Positions 37,448 through 40,480 of a DNA stretch of 40,480 nt are shown here, one piece after another. A model generated the notes under the pieces. The model worked only from the letters and a program-made list of their open reading frames with translations, had not been told where the DNA came from and made no database searches. The DNA is taken from NCBI GenBank assembly GCA_025201805.1, contig MU619249.1, forward strand, positions 306,563-347,042. The letters are read 5' to 3'. A program made the translations under genes and the position numbers. The stretch is from Parasitella parasitica NRRL 2501 (taxonomy: Eukaryota > Fungi > Mucoromycota). How positions within the stretch are numbered: position 1 is the first letter of the stretch; each line of letters starts with the position of its first letter.

Positions 37448-39377
37448 CAGACGTTTGGTTTTTAGAGCTAAACTGTTTGTGAATTATTATGTCTTGGAGA
37501 ACCATGCTCTCACTGGTGCACCTAAAGTCATCTTTAGTCAAAACTTCTGGTATAGCATCATACAAATGCTCAATGGCAAACGACCTACAAATAGCGCATC
37601 GCTTCCGCAACAGTTATTGAACTCCTTCGACCAATTCAAGAGGCAACACAGATCCATTCCGTACACAGAAAAGCTATTACCAGGAATAAGCCAATGTGTA
37701 ACGGAAGCATGCAAAGAATTGGCTACTTCGTACACTAACAACATTGTTGAAAACTTTGAAAATCATTTGCTTTACTTTCTGCGGTACAAGTTGCAAGGCT
37801 TGTTTATGGTAAGTTAAACAAACTGTTCTATTATTCAGATACTTATGATATAATAGTTCATGCCCAAAAAGATTATCGGAGAAGTAGCCAAAAAGTACTG
37901 CTATCAGGAAATTTGTAAAGGATCACCCACTTGGCCAAATACTGAACTTCTAAACAATGAAGTGAAATCAACAATCCAAAACTTCTGTGAACCGTGGAAG
38001 AACATGATCAGTAAACCGATCACTCAGGTGGAGCTCTCGGCAAATCCAGGGAATTTTATTCCCTTCTTGATGTCTCTTAATGCTGAACTGGAGCAAGAAC
38101 ACATCGACCATAAACCCTATGATGTTCGAAAACTTCCGCTTCCAAGACGATTTTGTATTCTGCCAAAACCGTCGTTCCATTGGCGCTTCGTTACCATAAG
38201 TGTAAATGCTCTGTCATGCTTTGTAGAACTTCCATTACCTAGAGGCTATCAAGCTCAACTGGAGATGTTCTTTCGTATTTTCAAATTTAAAAAACTTCGC
38301 TTTAACAAGTACATATTTATTCTAGTCTATATTCCTTTATCTAACAAATATTTGTATAGCATAACTGAATTACACCAAATGGAAACAACAGCATACTTTT
38401 CGGCAACATTGTACGTACTGATGGTGTTTCAGTTGACTTTTTGTTCTACAGAAAGCATCAAGTTGGCCCCGGCCCCTCATATCAAAGGTTTGATCTGGCT
38501 CTTGAGGATTTTGACTTGTCTGAGGTGAAAGACAAGTATTTACCTATATCACTGGATCCGGGTAGAAAATCCGTATTCACTGCAACAGTTGGTCTATAGT
38601 CAAATAGACACGTGAGGTGTACTACTAAAGAATACTACCACATGACGGGATCGACGAGATTCTCAAGAAAGCAAAACAACTTGAAAAAGGATACAGGGAT
38701 TAAATTGTTGGAGAGTGAAATTCCCTCCCCAAAAACTTCTAAAAGCTCAGCATACAGCGACTATGTAAAGTATATGCTTTTGAACAAGGACAGCTTCTTT
38801 GGATTTTATGGGAAAGATACAGCAAAGACCCGCTTCCAATTATATCGAGGAGTTCAGAGAGCCACTGATTGCTAATATCCTTATTAATGGTACCTCAAAG
38901 TATAACAGAAACAAAAGAAGCAAAGAGAAAAAGAAGAAGAAGAGGAGAAAAGAAAACAAGAAGAAAAGGGTAGTAATCGACAATCCTAGCAAGCCAAAGT
39001 AAGTATGCAGACTGTTTGTCATCTCTGTCAACTTTTTTATGTTATCTTATTGTAGAAAGCAAAAGTGGAAGCCGGCACCATATCTGGAGTCAAAAACCAA
39101 GATACCTCTCATTGTCTTTGGTGCAGGAATGTTCGGCAAAGATGCAGTGAAGCTGAAGGGGCACAGATGCGGTGTAGTTGGAATATTATTCAGAACATTA
39201 AAAAGGTGTGAGGCTGAAGGTCGACTGATTGTTACGACAATCGATGAATTCAAAACCTCAAAAACTTGCAACCTCTGCCTTTCTGATGGCTTGACTATCA
39301 TAAAGACTGACAGCTTTAAAGGTGTTGGTGTTGTCTGCTGTCATCATTGCAAACAGTTTTGGCAAACAGATATCAAT
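37448..39377 (+). pseudogene. Fanzor (eukaryotic TnpB-like RNA-guided RuvC nuclease), Fanzor1-like, intron-containing and disrupted
   Basis: FGNIVRTDGVSVDFLF; RuvC-I PISLDPGRKSVFTA (D at 38555); CTTKEYYHMTG; IPLIVFGAGMFG; RuvC-II TTIDEFKTSKTCNLC (E at 39246); Zn finger CNLC...CHHC; RuvC-III FWQTDIN (D at 39369); introns 37809-37856, 38309-38359, 38999-39055; TAG at 38597 and frameshifts near 38375 and 38865. Confidence 0.9.
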
Positions 39378-40119
39378 ATATATCTGAATTCATCTTCTCC
39401 GAGCTCCTCGGCTGTAGTACCTACCACTCTTGAAGCACCGAAGCCAAATTGGACTTCAACCATTGACTTGAAATCGGGACCTGGCATAGTTTCCTCGAAG
39501 TCTACCAATGCTAATAAGCGCCGCCGTGATACAACGATGCAAGACGTTGCTGGCCGCGATTATTTCAATGAATTATTTCAAGCTCAATTGGTCGATCTTG
39601 TCGTTACCTTACAAGAAGAGCAAAATCGTACTCTCACCCGTCTTTTTTAGAACGTGCTACAATTGGTTCTAGTGCCACTACTACCAATCCTATCAAGCTT
39701 AATCTGAAGCCCAATCTCAACTTTGCCAGATCTAAGCCTGCAAAATCTGCATCTCGCGTTACATCCGAAAAAGACTTTCCCAGTCTTCAGGCCTCTGGAT
39801 TGAAGACATCTATGCCTACTAGCAATGCTAAGACTGATATTAAGAAGCCCAACGCAAAACCGACAGCCAAAAAGTCTACTTATTGGAACACAAACCCAGA
39901 AGACGCCAAGAAGTTGGCATTGCGTCTCTTCACTCCTCAGGAGCCTAAGCCTACTGTTAACAGTACTGGAGCTGATGGATCTCAACCGCCTGCTGCTCCT
40001 GTTGGTTACACTTGCATTTAATTGCCAATTGATCGCAAGACCAATATACAGAACCGCAAGAAAAATTGAGGATTCTTAAAATCAATCTCAACAGAATCTA
40101 CGCTATCCAGCGTCCCGCC
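39378..40119 (+). mobile_element. Degenerate ORF1-like fragment of a non-LTR retrotransposon
   Basis: Low-complexity region then AKKLALRLFTPQ...PVGYTCI / PIDRKTNIQNRKK / LRILKINLNRIYAIQRPA across frameshifts, resembling Mucorales LINE ORF1 proteins (from memory). Confidence 0.5.
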
Positions 40120-40480
40120 TGTGAAATACATTCACTATGATGATCTGCATTCCACTTCTAGATTCATCCAGTTACCTTAAATTGATATAAACTACATATG
40201 CGCACAGATAATAAGATGTGCAATAATACAGATTTATACTATATAAGATATAAGCTAGAGACGGCACCATTAGGATGGATGACGCTATAGACTGATACTT
40301 ATATCTCGACACAAGCCTTAGACATTTACTAGATTTAGTATATGCTACGAGCTTATGCTATATAAGATCTATGCTTCAGATACGTATCCCCAGTTTCCAG
40401 ATACGCACGACAAGACATATACTTATATCCATGATACTAGCTACAGATACATCATGTACTACAGACTTGTACAATATGTG
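40120..40480. mobile_element. Probable LTR of an LTR retrotransposon, running off the window
   Basis: Begins TGTGAAATAC exactly where the ORF1-like frame breaks; non-coding, with repeated TATATAAGAT and AGATAC motifs; far end not visible. Confidence 0.45.

Overview
AT-rich eukaryotic DNA with many short GT-AG introns; gene content and transposon types point to an early-diverging fungus, probably Mucorales (inferred). The first ~34 kb is mostly ordinary genes: CPSF2/Cft2, three small membrane-protein ORFs, a dead MULE transposase, an unknown multi-exon gene, a DUF4536-like gene, signal peptide peptidase, RPA2, gamma-secretase subunit PEN-2, a XanA-like TauD dioxygenase, an AreA-like GATA factor, a GH18 chitinase, RPS17, a DCAF4-like WD40 protein and an Lsh/HELLS-type SNF2 helicase. 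The last ~6.3 kb is a nest of mobile DNA: a Tc1/mariner-like 5' fragment, a degraded minus-strand MULE transposase, an ~850-bp imperfect inverted repeat, and an intron-containing, pseudogenised Fanzor (TnpB-like RNA-guided nuclease) gene. The Fanzor is cut off just after RuvC-III by a non-LTR retrotransposon ORF1-like segment, which is itself interrupted by a probable LTR. The divergent MULE / long hairpin / Fanzor arrangement is the most notable signal. All calls are by eye from motifs; no database searches were run.
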